From a virus: a stretch of DNA of 64,000 nucleotides. The translations under genes were made by a program, and so were the position numbers. Each line of letters begins with the position of its first letter. Position 1 is the first letter of the stretch. The notes under the pieces were generated by a model. The model saw only the letters and a program-made list of their open reading frames with translations. It was not told the origin of the DNA and made no database searches. Below, in pieces: positions 46,890 to 56,903 of the stretch. The stretch is taken from IMG/VR virus record IMGVR_UViG_3300021197_001350, positions 10,398 through 74,397 of that record; one strand, given 5' to 3'.

Positions 46890-47261
46890 ATGGGGTTAGA
46901 TCAATTTGCATATGCAAAGAAGGGTGACGAGAAGCTAGACATTATGACATGGCGTAAGCATCCTAACTTGCAAGGTTACATGGAGGAATTGTGGGAGTCA
47001 AAGGATAGACCACTACCTGAAGACTCAGAGATTGACGAGGGTAATATTATGGGTGACTTCAATTGCATACCTGTGTCCCTCACTATGGAGGACATTGAGG
47101 AACTTGAAAGCTGTATGAAAGATGACAAGCTACCTCATACTAGTGGGTTTTTCTTTGGTGAGTCAGCGGATTGGCACAAGGAGAGTGATGAAGAGTTTAT
47201 AATCCTAGCCAAGAAGTATCTGCTTGATGGGTATGAAGTATATTATGACAGCTGGTGGTAA
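46890..47261 (+). CDS. Conserved phage protein (MGLD...WRKH...GFFFG...YDSWW family)
   Basis: Recognisable widespread early-phage motif set; function unknown. Confidence 0.85.
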   Translation: MGLDQFAYAKKGDEKLDIMTWRKHPNLQGYMEELWESKDRPLPEDSEIDEGNIMGDFNCIPVSLTMEDIEELESCMKDDKLPHTSGFFFGESADWHKESDEEFIILAKKYLLDGYEVYYDSWW

Positions 47262-47267
47262 GTATTT

Positions 47268-47432
47268 ATGTGGGTCAAAGTTGAGCAAGGAAACTTCTCC
47301 AATTGGTACGATGTTCGTGTCAATGGGGAGCTTATTAACAACGCAAAATCTAAAGCTGAAGCTGACAAGATAGCCGAAGTTATTAGAAGTAAATCAAAAA
47401 CAAGGAGGAGATATGGCAAAGTGGTCAGATAG
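47268..47432 (+). CDS. 54-aa hypothetical protein (not in track)
   Basis: MWVKVEQGNFSNWYDVRVNGELINNAKSKAEA; fills the operon gap. Confidence 0.55.
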   Translation: MWVKVEQGNFSNWYDVRVNGELINNAKSKAEADKIAEVIRSKSKTRRRYGKVVR

Positions 47433-47643
47433 TTATCACAATGGAGTAGTCGATGGTGCAACAGCTATCACTAGTCTGATTGATGGTATGGTGCTAGGAA
47501 GTATGTCGGCGCGGGATCGTGGTGGTGATCAGTGGAGATACAAACTAATAAGAACAATGGAGATAAGCATACTGCTTGAACTTAAGGAGAAGATTAAACC
47601 ACACTTAGTAAAGGAGGAATTAGGATATGGCAAAGAGGGGTAA
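47413..47643 (+). CDS. Hypothetical protein
   Basis: AAGGAGG SD. Confidence 0.65.
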   Translation: MAKWSDSYHNGVVDGATAITSLIDGMVLGSMSARDRGGDQWRYKLIRTMEISILLELKEKIKPHLVKEELGYGKEG

Positions 47644-47959
47644 AGCGAAAGAGGATAAGCGATTTAATGAGGGGTTTCAGAGTGGGCTAGAGTTTGGTAA
47701 GTCAAGGGCATTCTATTTGCTAAGGCAAATCAAGGAAGGCTTTGATGATGCCATCAATGATGCCACTATGTGGGACGATATGAGTGATGGTAAGGCAAAG
47801 AAGGCAACAGCTATGGTGCAAAGGGAGACGGCAGTGTTCATTACTACATACTTCCTAGACATATGGGATGATAATGGTGAGGAAGAGAAGATGCCTGACC
47901 AAAATTCAGCACCAAATATAGTACCATTTAAGGAGGAATCTACCGATGATGACACCTGA
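47627..47959 (+). CDS. Hypothetical protein
   Basis: SD upstream, overlaps neighbours. Confidence 0.65.
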   Translation: MAKRGKAKEDKRFNEGFQSGLEFGKSRAFYLLRQIKEGFDDAINDATMWDDMSDGKAKKATAMVQRETAVFITTYFLDIWDDNGEEEKMPDQNSAPNIVPFKEESTDDDT

Positions 47960-48164
47960 TATTGAGACCGAAGATTACTTTGGTATGTCACCGCAAGCAG
48001 TGCAAGAGATAATGCACAAGGAACACAAGTCACTGATAGATGCTAGGAATTACGCACAAGAGATGATGAAGGAAGCAGAAGGTGAGGACTGGTCTTACAA
48101 AGCATTTCATTATCTTGGTGCGGTATCAATATTAATAAGAGCAATAGATGAACAGGTTAAATAA
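47946..48164 (+). CDS. Hypothetical protein
   Basis: AAGGAGG SD. Confidence 0.65.
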   Translation: MMTPDIETEDYFGMSPQAVQEIMHKEHKSLIDARNYAQEMMKEAEGEDWSYKAFHYLGAVSILIRAIDEQVK

Positions 48165-48669
48165 TCAAACACTATTCGATATGGATGAATACACAGAGAA
48201 GGATCGTGTCGCTTCTGTAGCTAGGAGATTGTACTCCGAGTATAAAGATGTAAGACGACCCGATAGAACTAGGCTATGGAAAACTTACACTGCTATGCAG
48301 AGTGTACTTAGTGTAGCCATAAGAGAGAACGCTATCCCTTTCTTTAGTAAAGGTAGGGCTAAGTATTGTAAGGACAATGATGCTAGAAGATTCCTAGATG
48401 AGTATATCGATACAAGGATACACTCTAATGGTAACACTAGATCACCTATTGAGGAGATAGAAGTAGCGAAGCCAAGTAAGGTAAGATTTAATATTATCCA
48501 AAGGCTATTAGGGATTAACAAAATTGTTGGCTCAATCAATCACTTGGTTGATGTTCAACTCAGAATGCTGGAGCAAACCAATGAGCTTAATGAAGTATGG
48601 AAACCATCCTCTAGAAGCAACACTTCCAATGGATCAACTGTTGGAGCTGATGCGCAAGGAGGCAATTGA
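48148..48669 (+). CDS. Hypothetical protein
   Basis: 173 aa in operon. Confidence 0.6.
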   Translation: MNRLNNQTLFDMDEYTEKDRVASVARRLYSEYKDVRRPDRTRLWKTYTAMQSVLSVAIRENAIPFFSKGRAKYCKDNDARRFLDEYIDTRIHSNGNTRSPIEEIEVAKPSKVRFNIIQRLLGINKIVGSINHLVDVQLRMLEQTNELNEVWKPSSRSNTSNGSTVGADAQGGN

Positions 48670-48674
48670 GATAG

Positions 48675-48887
48675 ATGCGTGGAGATTACGAGGGCAAGGT
48701 GGTGTTAGCGAAGCAGGTCTTCAAGAGGTTCTTGAAGGATGTGAAGTTGCACCCCGAGTTAGTACCTCGATTGACTCAGGTAGCTATGGACATGAACAAA
48801 CAGGGTAATGGCAGGAGTATACTTGTCATACATGATAACGATAACAAGAAAACGGAGGTATATATAGATGGCGAAACTACTAGTTAA
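48675..48887 (+). CDS. Hypothetical protein
   Basis: AAGGAGG upstream. Confidence 0.6.
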   Translation: MRGDYEGKVVLAKQVFKRFLKDVKLHPELVPRLTQVAMDMNKQGNGRSILVIHDNDNKKTEVYIDGETTS

Positions 48888-50307
48888 AGAATTTGTAGAT
48901 TGTGCGAGAGCATTAGGTCTAGCAAGTGCATCAATTAAGTCAGCGTTCAGTAAGTTTCTTGGTGAAGCAGGGTACGAATCACTTAATGATTACAAGGCGA
49001 GAGCAAGTGAGGTAAAGCAAGCTGAGAACTTTAAGCTTTGGACTGCATTACTTACAGAGAATATGAGTGTGTTCAAGTGGGCTACTGATAGCGGTGATAT
49101 CATTGATGACTTCGGTAGTGGTAAGAAGTCCAGGATTGCTGAAGTCCTAGATGAGGAAGATGAAGAAGGTTTCCCAACGCCCCACCCTATGGAGGAAGAG
49201 GTTACTATCGGAGATCTTACGGAGGACAATGAGTTGCAATTGCCTATGACAAATAAGGAGGAGAAGTTTGACAAGCTCTTAGATGTACTAGGTAACATAG
49301 GTAAAGAGGGACAGAAGCAGGCGGTGTATGATGATGCATTGGTTGAGCGTGTTGATGAGGCGTGTGAAGTAACGCATCAGAATACCAAGGTTGTTAATCG
49401 TATGGTGACGCAACTTGCTACACATATAGCTGATGAGAACTTGCACAAAGGTGGTGCAGTTCCATCGTTTAAGTTGCAGTTCGCTGAAGCACCCGAAATA
49501 CAGCACGAAGCACCGCTTCACTACAAGTTTCCACTTGTTGCAGCTGCTGTAGCCAACAGGATACCAACCATGATCGTTGGCCCAGCAGGTTGGGGTAAGA
49601 CTTCAACCATCAAGGCGTTGGCTGAGGTGATGAAGCAATCATGGTATAACGGCAAGCAGGATGTCGAGTATATCATTCAATCTATCGGCCCACAGACATC
49701 GAAGGCTGATATACTTGGGTACATGGATGCCAATGGTAAGTATGTCGAGAGTCAGTTTCGCAAATGCTTTGAGCATGGACTGATCTATGCTTGTGATGAG
49801 GCAGATGCAGGCAGTGCAGGTTCATTGACCCTGCTTAATCAAGGCTTTGCTAATGAAGAGTGTAGCTTTCCTGACAATGGTATGGTTCAGAGAAGCAAGG
49901 ACTTTGTTCCTTTGTTTCTTGCCAACACTTATGGTCAAGGTGCTAACGCTACTTATGTAGGTAGGAATCAGTTGGATGCAGCTACCCTAGACAGATTCGC
50001 AGTTGTTGAATACGACTACGATGAGGCATGGGAGGGTAGGATCTGCGGAGTAGACAGAGAAGGTAACCAACTAAAGATGGAGGCAGGTGGTAAACGCACC
50101 AAAGAAGAGTGGGTTGATTATGTGTGCCGTGTTCGTGCCGCTGTTGATTCGCTTGCTGTTCGATGTGTTGTATCACCGAGAGCATCCATCAATGGTATCA
50201 AACTATTGGAGGCAGGAGTAGGGTTTACTCATGTCAGTAATATGTGTGTGTGGAAGGGTATGGACTCTGCCACTCGTGCAAAAATCACTAACGAAATGGA
50301 TAATTAA
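48868..50307 (+). CDS. AAA+ ATPase, MoxR/CobS-like
   Basis: GPAGWGKT, ACDEAD, ANTYGQG, YVGRNQLDAATLDRF, SPRA. Confidence 0.9.
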   Translation: MAKLLVKEFVDCARALGLASASIKSAFSKFLGEAGYESLNDYKARASEVKQAENFKLWTALLTENMSVFKWATDSGDIIDDFGSGKKSRIAEVLDEEDEEGFPTPHPMEEEVTIGDLTEDNELQLPMTNKEEKFDKLLDVLGNIGKEGQKQAVYDDALVERVDEACEVTHQNTKVVNRMVTQLATHIADENLHKGGAVPSFKLQFAEAPEIQHEAPLHYKFPLVAAAVANRIPTMIVGPAGWGKTSTIKALAEVMKQSWYNGKQDVEYIIQSIGPQTSKADILGYMDANGKYVESQFRKCFEHGLIYACDEADAGSAGSLTLLNQGFANEECSFPDNGMVQRSKDFVPLFLANTYGQGANATYVGRNQLDAATLDRFAVVEYDYDEAWEGRICGVDREGNQLKMEAGGKRTKEEWVDYVCRVRAAVDSLAVRCVVSPRASINGIKLLEAGVGFTHVSNMCVWKGMDSATRAKITNEMDN

Positions 50308-50308
50308 T

Positions 50309-50956
50309 ATGGGAGTTAAAGGAAGACCAAAGAAAAAGACTAAGTATTTTACATACAGAGTCAGTTATGATGTCACTGCACAAGCAGAAGGCACAGTATA
50401 TGTAACGCTAAGCGATGATGATATTGATGTGGTGGACGGCAAGCCTGTCGCCACAGATATAATGCCCACAATGAAGGAGATCATTGAGCAGAACGCTGAA
50501 GGTGATCAGAAGATATGTATAGACAATCCGTATGGTGGTATATCATATCACGAAGTTGAGGATGGTAACATCACGCCAGACTATGAGGATTCACAGGATG
50601 AGTGGACTTACTATCCATCCAATGTGGAGATTAAGGACTTCGAGCCTGTTACTGACAGGATAGAACGAAGGACGCAATCAGATCCATTCGTAACTAGGAT
50701 GGAAATATATCACCCACTGAATCACAAGCTAGATGATTCAGCAGCCTATACAATTAAGGTAGGCAAGCATACAGTGAGGATATGGGCTGAGCCTAATCAA
50801 CATACAAGGACTGAGATCGAGGGATCAGGTCTGAACTCAAGCGTAGTTAATAACATAATAGATAGTATAGCAGATGGGGACTTCAAGTTCCCAGGCTTTG
50901 AAGGTGAACACACAGATACAGATAACATAAGGAGATTATATAATGGCATTCTATAA
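50309..50956 (+). CDS. Hypothetical protein
   Basis: Start MGVKGRP directly after the AAA stop. Confidence 0.65.
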   Translation: MGVKGRPKKKTKYFTYRVSYDVTAQAEGTVYVTLSDDDIDVVDGKPVATDIMPTMKEIIEQNAEGDQKICIDNPYGGISYHEVEDGNITPDYEDSQDEWTYYPSNVEIKDFEPVTDRIERRTQSDPFVTRMEIYHPLNHKLDDSAAYTIKVGKHTVRIWAEPNQHTRTEIEGSGLNSSVVNNIIDSIADGDFKFPGFEGEHTDTDNIRRLYNGIL

Positions 50957-51863
50957 AGCAGGACATGAAACTTGTAGACGAGAGCTTGAGGATATCAAGC
51001 GTGGTGATACTGAATACACCTTAGTTCGTAGGCATAGTAAAAACTTCAACGACTTCCTTACATTCTGTAAGGATCAACCCGATCTATGTACATACTTCGA
51101 GAGCAGGAAGGAAGATAGATCTAGTAGGAGAGAGGAGGATGATGATGATAGTTGGACAGGTACACCAAACTATGCCAAGTGTCAGGAACTAGCAGAGAAC
51201 GGATGGTCAGATGGTCTTAGGTATGTCGAGGAAGTTCGTGAGAAGATGAGCCGAATCGTTGCATCCAAGATCAAGGCATTCCATCCTAGGCTTGCTGATG
51301 CAGGTGACGAGATTGACATCGGTGCATTCGTAGAGGGTGACCCCGAACATTGGATTGAGTTCCATGAGATAGATAAGGATGGGCCAGGTGGTAAGATTGT
51401 GCGAGTGCTTGTTAATGTTGCAGTGTCATGTAGTGTTGATAAGAAATACTTCATCCATCGTGGTGCTGCTGTTGTTGGATTGATGGAGGCACTGCAGAAC
51501 TGCGGTTACTCTGTCGAGCTAACGCTTCTGTCTACTACAGAGCATGGCAATCACATACACCAATATGAAATACCAGTGAAGCGACCAGACGAACACCTTG
51601 ATGGTGACCGCTGTTCATTCATGGTGATTCATCCATCTATACTCAGACGCTTAGTGTTCTCTGCGAAAGAGCAAGAGGAGACTGATGATTACACATCGGG
51701 CTATGGTATACCGACCGAGATTGTAGGTGCTACCGATAAGGACTTCGTGTTCGACAGGATGCATGGTGGTGATGACTTCGAGCCATTCGAGTCTGTCGAA
51801 AGCTCAGCTGACTATATGCTTAAGATGCTTGTCGATAGAGGATTGGTATCGGTGGAAGAATGA
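50943..51863 (+). CDS. vWA-like partner of the AAA+ ATPase
   Basis: GDEIDIGAFVEGDPE, VLVNVAVSCSV, HPSILRRL, GYGIP; adjacent to a MoxR-type ATPase. Confidence 0.65.
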   Translation: MAFYKAGHETCRRELEDIKRGDTEYTLVRRHSKNFNDFLTFCKDQPDLCTYFESRKEDRSSRREEDDDDSWTGTPNYAKCQELAENGWSDGLRYVEEVREKMSRIVASKIKAFHPRLADAGDEIDIGAFVEGDPEHWIEFHEIDKDGPGGKIVRVLVNVAVSCSVDKKYFIHRGAAVVGLMEALQNCGYSVELTLLSTTEHGNHIHQYEIPVKRPDEHLDGDRCSFMVIHPSILRRLVFSAKEQEETDDYTSGYGIPTEIVGATDKDFVFDRMHGGDDFEPFESVESSADYMLKMLVDRGLVSVEE

Positions 51864-52075
51864 GAAACCTATTAATGAAAGTGTTTGGTAGTATATTGTT
51901 TGCTTGGTTCTTAAGGCTGGGCAAACTTTTCTACAACACGATAGCGATAAGAAGTGATGTGAGTGCGGCACACTTCGCCCATAGTGATTGGGATATGTAC
52001 CACTCAATGGAAGAGTACATCAGTGATGATGACTTCATAACAAACGAAAAACAAAAACCAAAAACAAATGATTGA
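51860..52075 (+). CDS. Small membrane-anchored protein
   Basis: Hydrophobic N-terminus; ATGA overlap. Confidence 0.5.
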   Translation: MRNLLMKVFGSILFAWFLRLGKLFYNTIAIRSDVSAAHFAHSDWDMYHSMEEYISDDDFITNEKQKPKTND

Positions 52076-52691
52076 TTTAAGTGACTTACAAGGTGGCGGT
52101 GGTAAAAAACCTGCCAAGAAGAAACAAGACAAACCCTTACTTAATGGTGTGACCGCCGATGTGGTGGACATATTCTGCCAAGGTAATGGTATAAAGAAAG
52201 AGGGTGAAGCATTAAAGAAGCAACCCGAAGCAGAGATTAAGGAAGCATACCTCGATGAATTATTCCATAGGAATGCAGGGGTAGCTGAAGCAGCCAAAAC
52301 ATTCCAAGCTTCTGGATCTGCACCTCAAGATAGAGTTACTGTATATCACAGCTCAGCTTGGGCGAGGGCAGTATTACAGGATGGCACTGAGGCAGACCCG
52401 AAGGGTGAAGCAAAGCTCAGGGCATTGAAGGATATAACCGACAAGAAATTCAACAAGTGTTTCGAGGAGCATTTGGAAATCAAGATGGACACAGGTGAAG
52501 TACCCAAAGGTCTTCGCGATGAGTTCATTCTAGATATGATTGCTGTACTTAATAAGTATAACCAAGCACATACTCTCCGAAAGATACTGAAACTGACACC
52601 TGCATTTGAGGCAGGGAGGTATGAGTTGCTTAGCCCATCTCAAAACCTGCAAGTCAATCAGCATATGCCAATCAGCGTTATCTGCAAATGA
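52068..52691 (+). CDS. Hypothetical protein
   Basis: 207 aa in operon. Confidence 0.7.
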   Translation: MIDLSDLQGGGGKKPAKKKQDKPLLNGVTADVVDIFCQGNGIKKEGEALKKQPEAEIKEAYLDELFHRNAGVAEAAKTFQASGSAPQDRVTVYHSSAWARAVLQDGTEADPKGEAKLRALKDITDKKFNKCFEEHLEIKMDTGEVPKGLRDEFILDMIAVLNKYNQAHTLRKILKLTPAFEAGRYELLSPSQNLQVNQHMPISVICK

Positions 52692-52975
52692 GTATATACG
52701 AAGGAGTAATGGACTGCTATGGTGTCGAGTCATTCGTACCAAAAGAAAAAGCAGATGGGTTTCTAAAGATCAGAGCAATGGCAAACGCACAGCGTCATGC
52801 CTTATTCTATCAGGTGGATCTGACTGATGACGAGAAGAAGCAGGTTGATGAATACCTTGCCGACCAAGATTGGGAGAAGGCTTGTGTGTATATAAAGAAC
52901 AAGCAGACCTTTGTTAATCATGGGCCAGGCAAAGATAAACTAATACCTAACAAAGAACTAGACCCTTGGGGATAA
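52688..52975 (+). CDS. Hypothetical protein
   Basis: ATGA coupling. Confidence 0.7.
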   Translation: MSIYEGVMDCYGVESFVPKEKADGFLKIRAMANAQRHALFYQVDLTDDEKKQVDEYLADQDWEKACVYIKNKQTFVNHGPGKDKLIPNKELDPWG

Positions 52976-52980
52976 CAGCT

Positions 52981-53355
52981 ATGTCATTTGAACACGCATT
53001 TGAACACCTTGAGGTGGAGCATAACAATAAATACTATTCAGTGTTTGGTTGCTTGGAGATTGAACCCGAAGACAATTCATTCTCGTATGATTATGGAGAG
53101 CAGACCAACCTAACACATGATCCTGGCACAAGCTTTGACATAGAGAATGTTGTCATTGATTGCATCAAGGATGAAGATGATAAAGATATTGAACTAACCA
53201 AAGGTACACTGCTAGATTTTGCGGATATCATAAAGGATTGGTTCAATGAAAACGGATACGATTCACTGATGGCTACTCTTAATAGCCACATTGAATCAGC
53301 GAAAGAAGAAGCAGCAATTGCTAGATATGAATCACAAATGGAGGACGACAGATGA
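52981..53355 (+). CDS. Hypothetical acidic protein
   Basis: ATG at 52981. Confidence 0.65.
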   Translation: MSFEHAFEHLEVEHNNKYYSVFGCLEIEPEDNSFSYDYGEQTNLTHDPGTSFDIENVVIDCIKDEDDKDIELTKGTLLDFADIIKDWFNENGYDSLMATLNSHIESAKEEAAIARYESQMEDDR

Positions 53356-54008
53356 TAACAGAACTATCTAAGATACGAGGAATTATCCCACCATCATACC
53401 CTGCACGACCACATAAAGGTGGCGTGCCTTTGGGTGTTGCATGGAAACAAATGAACCACAAAGAGATTGTGTATACACCAAAGTATAATGGTTGGCGTGT
53501 GCTACTTAATGTACCGACAGGTGTGTGCTACAATCGGAAGCTTGAGCTACTAACAATAGGTGATGAGTTCAAGGAAGCTATATACAAGATACAGAAATGT
53601 TGCCCTCAAGATATAGAGTGGCTTGATTGCGAGGGGTTAGAGCGAAGGCATGGTATAGGTAAGGGTACATTAATTGTGCTAGACTTTATACCTACTCCTG
53701 TTGTTCAGCATGAAGCACTTGACATATCCTATGAGGATAGGCAGTCGGTACTTGGTGTTGCCTTGCATAAGGTTAACGACCTTGATGTAATGTCCAAGCC
53801 ATCTGAGGATTCAGTATACTTCGCACCTCATTTCAATAGTGATGAGGTTAGGGTGCTTAATTCAATGCTCAAGTCTCGCAATGAGAAATGGGATGCCGAG
53901 TTCTATGAGGGTTGGGTTGGCGTAAAAGCTAGCAGTAAGTATCCGCTTCAGCTAGTTAGTGACGACAAGAAAGCTTTGAATTGGACAAAGCATAGATGGG
54001 ATAGTTGA
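53352..54008 (+). CDS. ATP-dependent ligase-type nucleotidyltransferase (adenylation domain only)
   Basis: Motif I PKYNGWR, NRK, motif III LDCEG, VLDF, motif IV EGWVG, motif V WTKHR at the very C-terminus; no OB domain. Confidence 0.75.
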   Translation: MITELSKIRGIIPPSYPARPHKGGVPLGVAWKQMNHKEIVYTPKYNGWRVLLNVPTGVCYNRKLELLTIGDEFKEAIYKIQKCCPQDIEWLDCEGLERRHGIGKGTLIVLDFIPTPVVQHEALDISYEDRQSVLGVALHKVNDLDVMSKPSEDSVYFAPHFNSDEVRVLNSMLKSRNEKWDAEFYEGWVGVKASSKYPLQLVSDDKKALNWTKHRWDS

Positions 54009-54009
54009 T

Positions 54010-54381
54010 ATGTGGTTACTTACACCTCAAGGTATGCTGAGTTGCACTGAGTATCCTAAAGACTCTGACTACATACAGGTCAGAGCAAGAGATAAGAAGC
54101 AACTATTAGCATGGATAAGAAAAGTAGATGTTGATATTGAGTATGACAGCAAGGATGTAATCGAGAATCCAAGAAAGGATTATCAGTTCAGAGTAATAGT
54201 AAAGCGTGATCTGTTTGCAGATTGGATGTGCAGATACGCAGGGAATATAAACTATACAAACTTCAAGACCAAAGCTACGAACGAGAATGGATATGGTGAT
54301 TATGTGAGGATGCTTGGTAGGATATGGGAAGATGGTATGGAAACACTAGGACAAAACAAGGAGGAATATTGGGGACAATGA
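54010..54381 (+). CDS. Conserved hypothetical protein (MW..GF-like, VRAR, DY.FR, Y.NFK family)
   Basis: Recognisable motif set; function unknown. Confidence 0.75.
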   Translation: MWLLTPQGMLSCTEYPKDSDYIQVRARDKKQLLAWIRKVDVDIEYDSKDVIENPRKDYQFRVIVKRDLFADWMCRYAGNINYTNFKTKATNENGYGDYVRMLGRIWEDGMETLGQNKEEYWGQ

Positions 54382-56903
54382 GTTATGACTTAAGCATTAG
54401 GAGAGACGGCACACTTAGCGTAAGCGAAGTTCGCCTTTCGAGTTTAAATAAATGGCAACATATCAATGTGTTGCGCAGGTTGAAGGACGAAACACCTGTG
54501 GCTTTGTTAACCGAAAGCCATAGTAGATCGGCAATGAAAGATGCATTGCGATTGAGTGATGAAGGTGAAGTTAATATCGAACCTCTTGCTAGGGAAGGAA
54601 TCAATGCTTCACTTAAGCAGGGTGAAGAATACAATGCACCGATAAGACCGCCGACAGATCAGGAGTTAGTGGCATATGCCGATGAACTAGGTAAGCTTAA
54701 ATGCATTACGCAGTTTGGTGAAGGTGAAGGTATATCACTGCAGGTAGGTAAGGAGTATGACATAAGGACAGGGTCAACTCAGTTCACAGAAAGGTTTACT
54801 CGTAAGAAACCTTACTATGATGAGGAGGAGGGCGTGATGAAAGTCATCGAGCATACCTGTGAACTAACAGGTGTGGATAGGTATATCAGAATGATGGATG
54901 ACGATGGTCAGTATCACTTCTTTAGAGATAGACCTGGCAAGCATGAGAACCAACACCATGAGTCTGAGCTATGGAGATACTTCAGTAAGCCCGAAGTTAA
55001 GACAGTAAAGGAAGCATCTCCTAAGAAGTATGAAGAGAATCTGCTAGAGATGTCAGCATTCGAGGCGATGGCAGGCTTCCAATACTATGAGGGACAGCGT
55101 GATTACTATGCAAGAATGGGCATCAAAGACTATGGACTTGTGGCGGCTGATGTTGGCACGGGTAAGACACTTGGTGCATTAACCCTTGCTTGGCTTAAGA
55201 AAGCAGAGCGTATACTTATCATGGCTCCAAAGGGTACTGTTGAGAATGAGATGGGTGATAAGCAGGAGTTTGATCCTGCTCAATGGGTGGGTGAGATCCA
55301 AAAGTTCTGCCCGTATTACCCTGTACGAACCCTGTTCAATGCTGATGATTACAAGAAAGCATATGCTGAGCGTGATGAAGATGGCAAGCTACCAAGTGGT
55401 ATATATATTACATACCCATCAGCATTCCTTCGCAACAACGCACTTGAATGTCAGCCTGGAACATGGAAGAAGAAGACTTCAGTGCAAAGAGAGTATGACT
55501 TCAGGGATAGGATGAAGATGGATACTAAGTTCGATCATGATGGTGATCATTTTTGGCGTGGTCTTGGTGTGTCTGACAAGAGGACAGGCATTCAGTGTAT
55601 CGCTAAACCTTCACTTGCTACTCAATGCGGTAGTCATTTTGATATGGTCATCATAGATGAGGCACACTTAATGCGTTCACTGCATTCAATTCAAACCAAA
55701 ACATTACTTAAGTTACAACCAAGATATAAGTTCTGTCTGTCTGCTACACCAATACCGAATCAGGTTACAAACATATTCCCTATACTTGGATGGCTCTCTG
55801 TTCCTGAGTGGTACATGGGGGACAAGAGGAACGCAGCATTCCCCTATTCTATTAATGAGCATAGTCAGTTCGAGAGGCAGTTTATGTCGCAAGAGTTTGA
55901 TAGCTCGGAAGAGAAGAAGAGAAAGCGTGAAGATCCTAATTGGAATGGTAGGATTAAATCCAACTCTGCTGTGATATCATCACCATCTAGGTTACTCAAG
56001 TTAATCAAGCCTATACTTGCATACATTGGTAAGGAGGAATGCAATCCCGACATTGTGAAATGTAATGTGCAGGACATCAGAGTGCCAATGGGTGCTGAGC
56101 AGATGGCTCTGTATGCCAAGTATATCAACAGGAAGATGTTTGTCCCGAAGGATATGCCCAAGAAGGAGAAGCGTGAGAAACAGAATGCACTTATGGCTGC
56201 CGCATTACGGCAGACCAATGCACTGCGTTCTATATGTGCCTCACCAAAGGATGGGTTTAAGGGTATCAAGGATGAGGATGCTGATATCTGCACTAGTAAC
56301 TTCAACCCTAAGATAGTTACCGCATTAGAAATAGTTAAGCAGAATCTAGATAAGGGAGAGCAGACTGTTATTGTATATGCTAGAACAGGACAGGGCAATG
56401 AGCTTGCCTCTAGGTTATCTCATGCTGGCGTTAAGTTTAGCAGGATTGATGGCACGCAAAGTAAGCACGCCGTAGAATCATCCCACTTTAAGAAGGGTAA
56501 CACTAAGGTTATGCTCATGGGTATAAGTTGCGCGCAAGCTTACAGCTTTGAGAATTGCCCTAACCTTATAGTTACATCATTGGATTGGGGATACGGAACA
56601 TTGTATCAAGCACTTGGTCGCATCTATAGACTGAACTCACCGAAGGAATGCAATGTATATGTGTTGCTATTCGAGAACACTATCGAGGAAGCTATCTTCG
56701 ACAGGGTATCAACTAAACAGGATGCGGCTACGCTGTGCTTGCATGGCAAAAGAATTGATAAGGATTACAAACAGATGGATGCAAGTGAGGTACTTGCTGA
56801 ACATATAATAAGCTTCACCAATAATGGTAGAGCTAAACCAGAGTCAGTATGCGAGCTTGAATGGGATAAGCTAAGCACTGCAATTAAGGAGGCAAATGTA
56901 TAA
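54378..56903 (+). CDS. SNF2-family helicase/ATPase
   Basis: AADVGTGKT, IIDEAH, LSATP, RIDG, QALGRIYR, TIEE; start MSYDL (ATGA overlap). Confidence 0.9.
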   Translation: MSYDLSIRRDGTLSVSEVRLSSLNKWQHINVLRRLKDETPVALLTESHSRSAMKDALRLSDEGEVNIEPLAREGINASLKQGEEYNAPIRPPTDQELVAYADELGKLKCITQFGEGEGISLQVGKEYDIRTGSTQFTERFTRKKPYYDEEEGVMKVIEHTCELTGVDRYIRMMDDDGQYHFFRDRPGKHENQHHESELWRYFSKPEVKTVKEASPKKYEENLLEMSAFEAMAGFQYYEGQRDYYARMGIKDYGLVAADVGTGKTLGALTLAWLKKAERILIMAPKGTVENEMGDKQEFDPAQWVGEIQKFCPYYPVRTLFNADDYKKAYAERDEDGKLPSGIYITYPSAFLRNNALECQPGTWKKKTSVQREYDFRDRMKMDTKFDHDGDHFWRGLGVSDKRTGIQCIAKPSLATQCGSHFDMVIIDEAHLMRSLHSIQTKTLLKLQPRYKFCLSATPIPNQVTNIFPILGWLSVPEWYMGDKRNAAFPYSINEHSQFERQFMSQEFDSSEEKKRKREDPNWNGRIKSNSAVISSPSRLLKLIKPILAYIGKEECNPDIVKCNVQDIRVPMGAEQMALYAKYINRKMFVPKDMPKKEKREKQNALMAAALRQTNALRSICASPKDGFKGIKDEDADICTSNFNPKIVTALEIVKQNLDKGEQTVIVYARTGQGNELASRLSHAGVKFSRIDGTQSKHAVESSHFKKGNTKVMLMGISCAQAYSFENCPNLIVTSLDWGYGTLYQALGRIYRLNSPKECNVYVLLFENTIEEAIFDRVSTKQDAATLCLHGKRIDKDYKQMDASEVLAEHIISFTNNGRAKPESVCELEWDKLSTAIKEANV

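Noticed and set aside
46890-47261. Metabolic enzyme label sometimes attached to this family
   Set aside because: It is too short and has no catalytic motifs; kept as hypothetical
48524-48808. Overlapping plus-strand ORF (94 aa)
   Set aside because: It is covered by two better-supported neighbours and has no recognisable motif, unlike the RusA case
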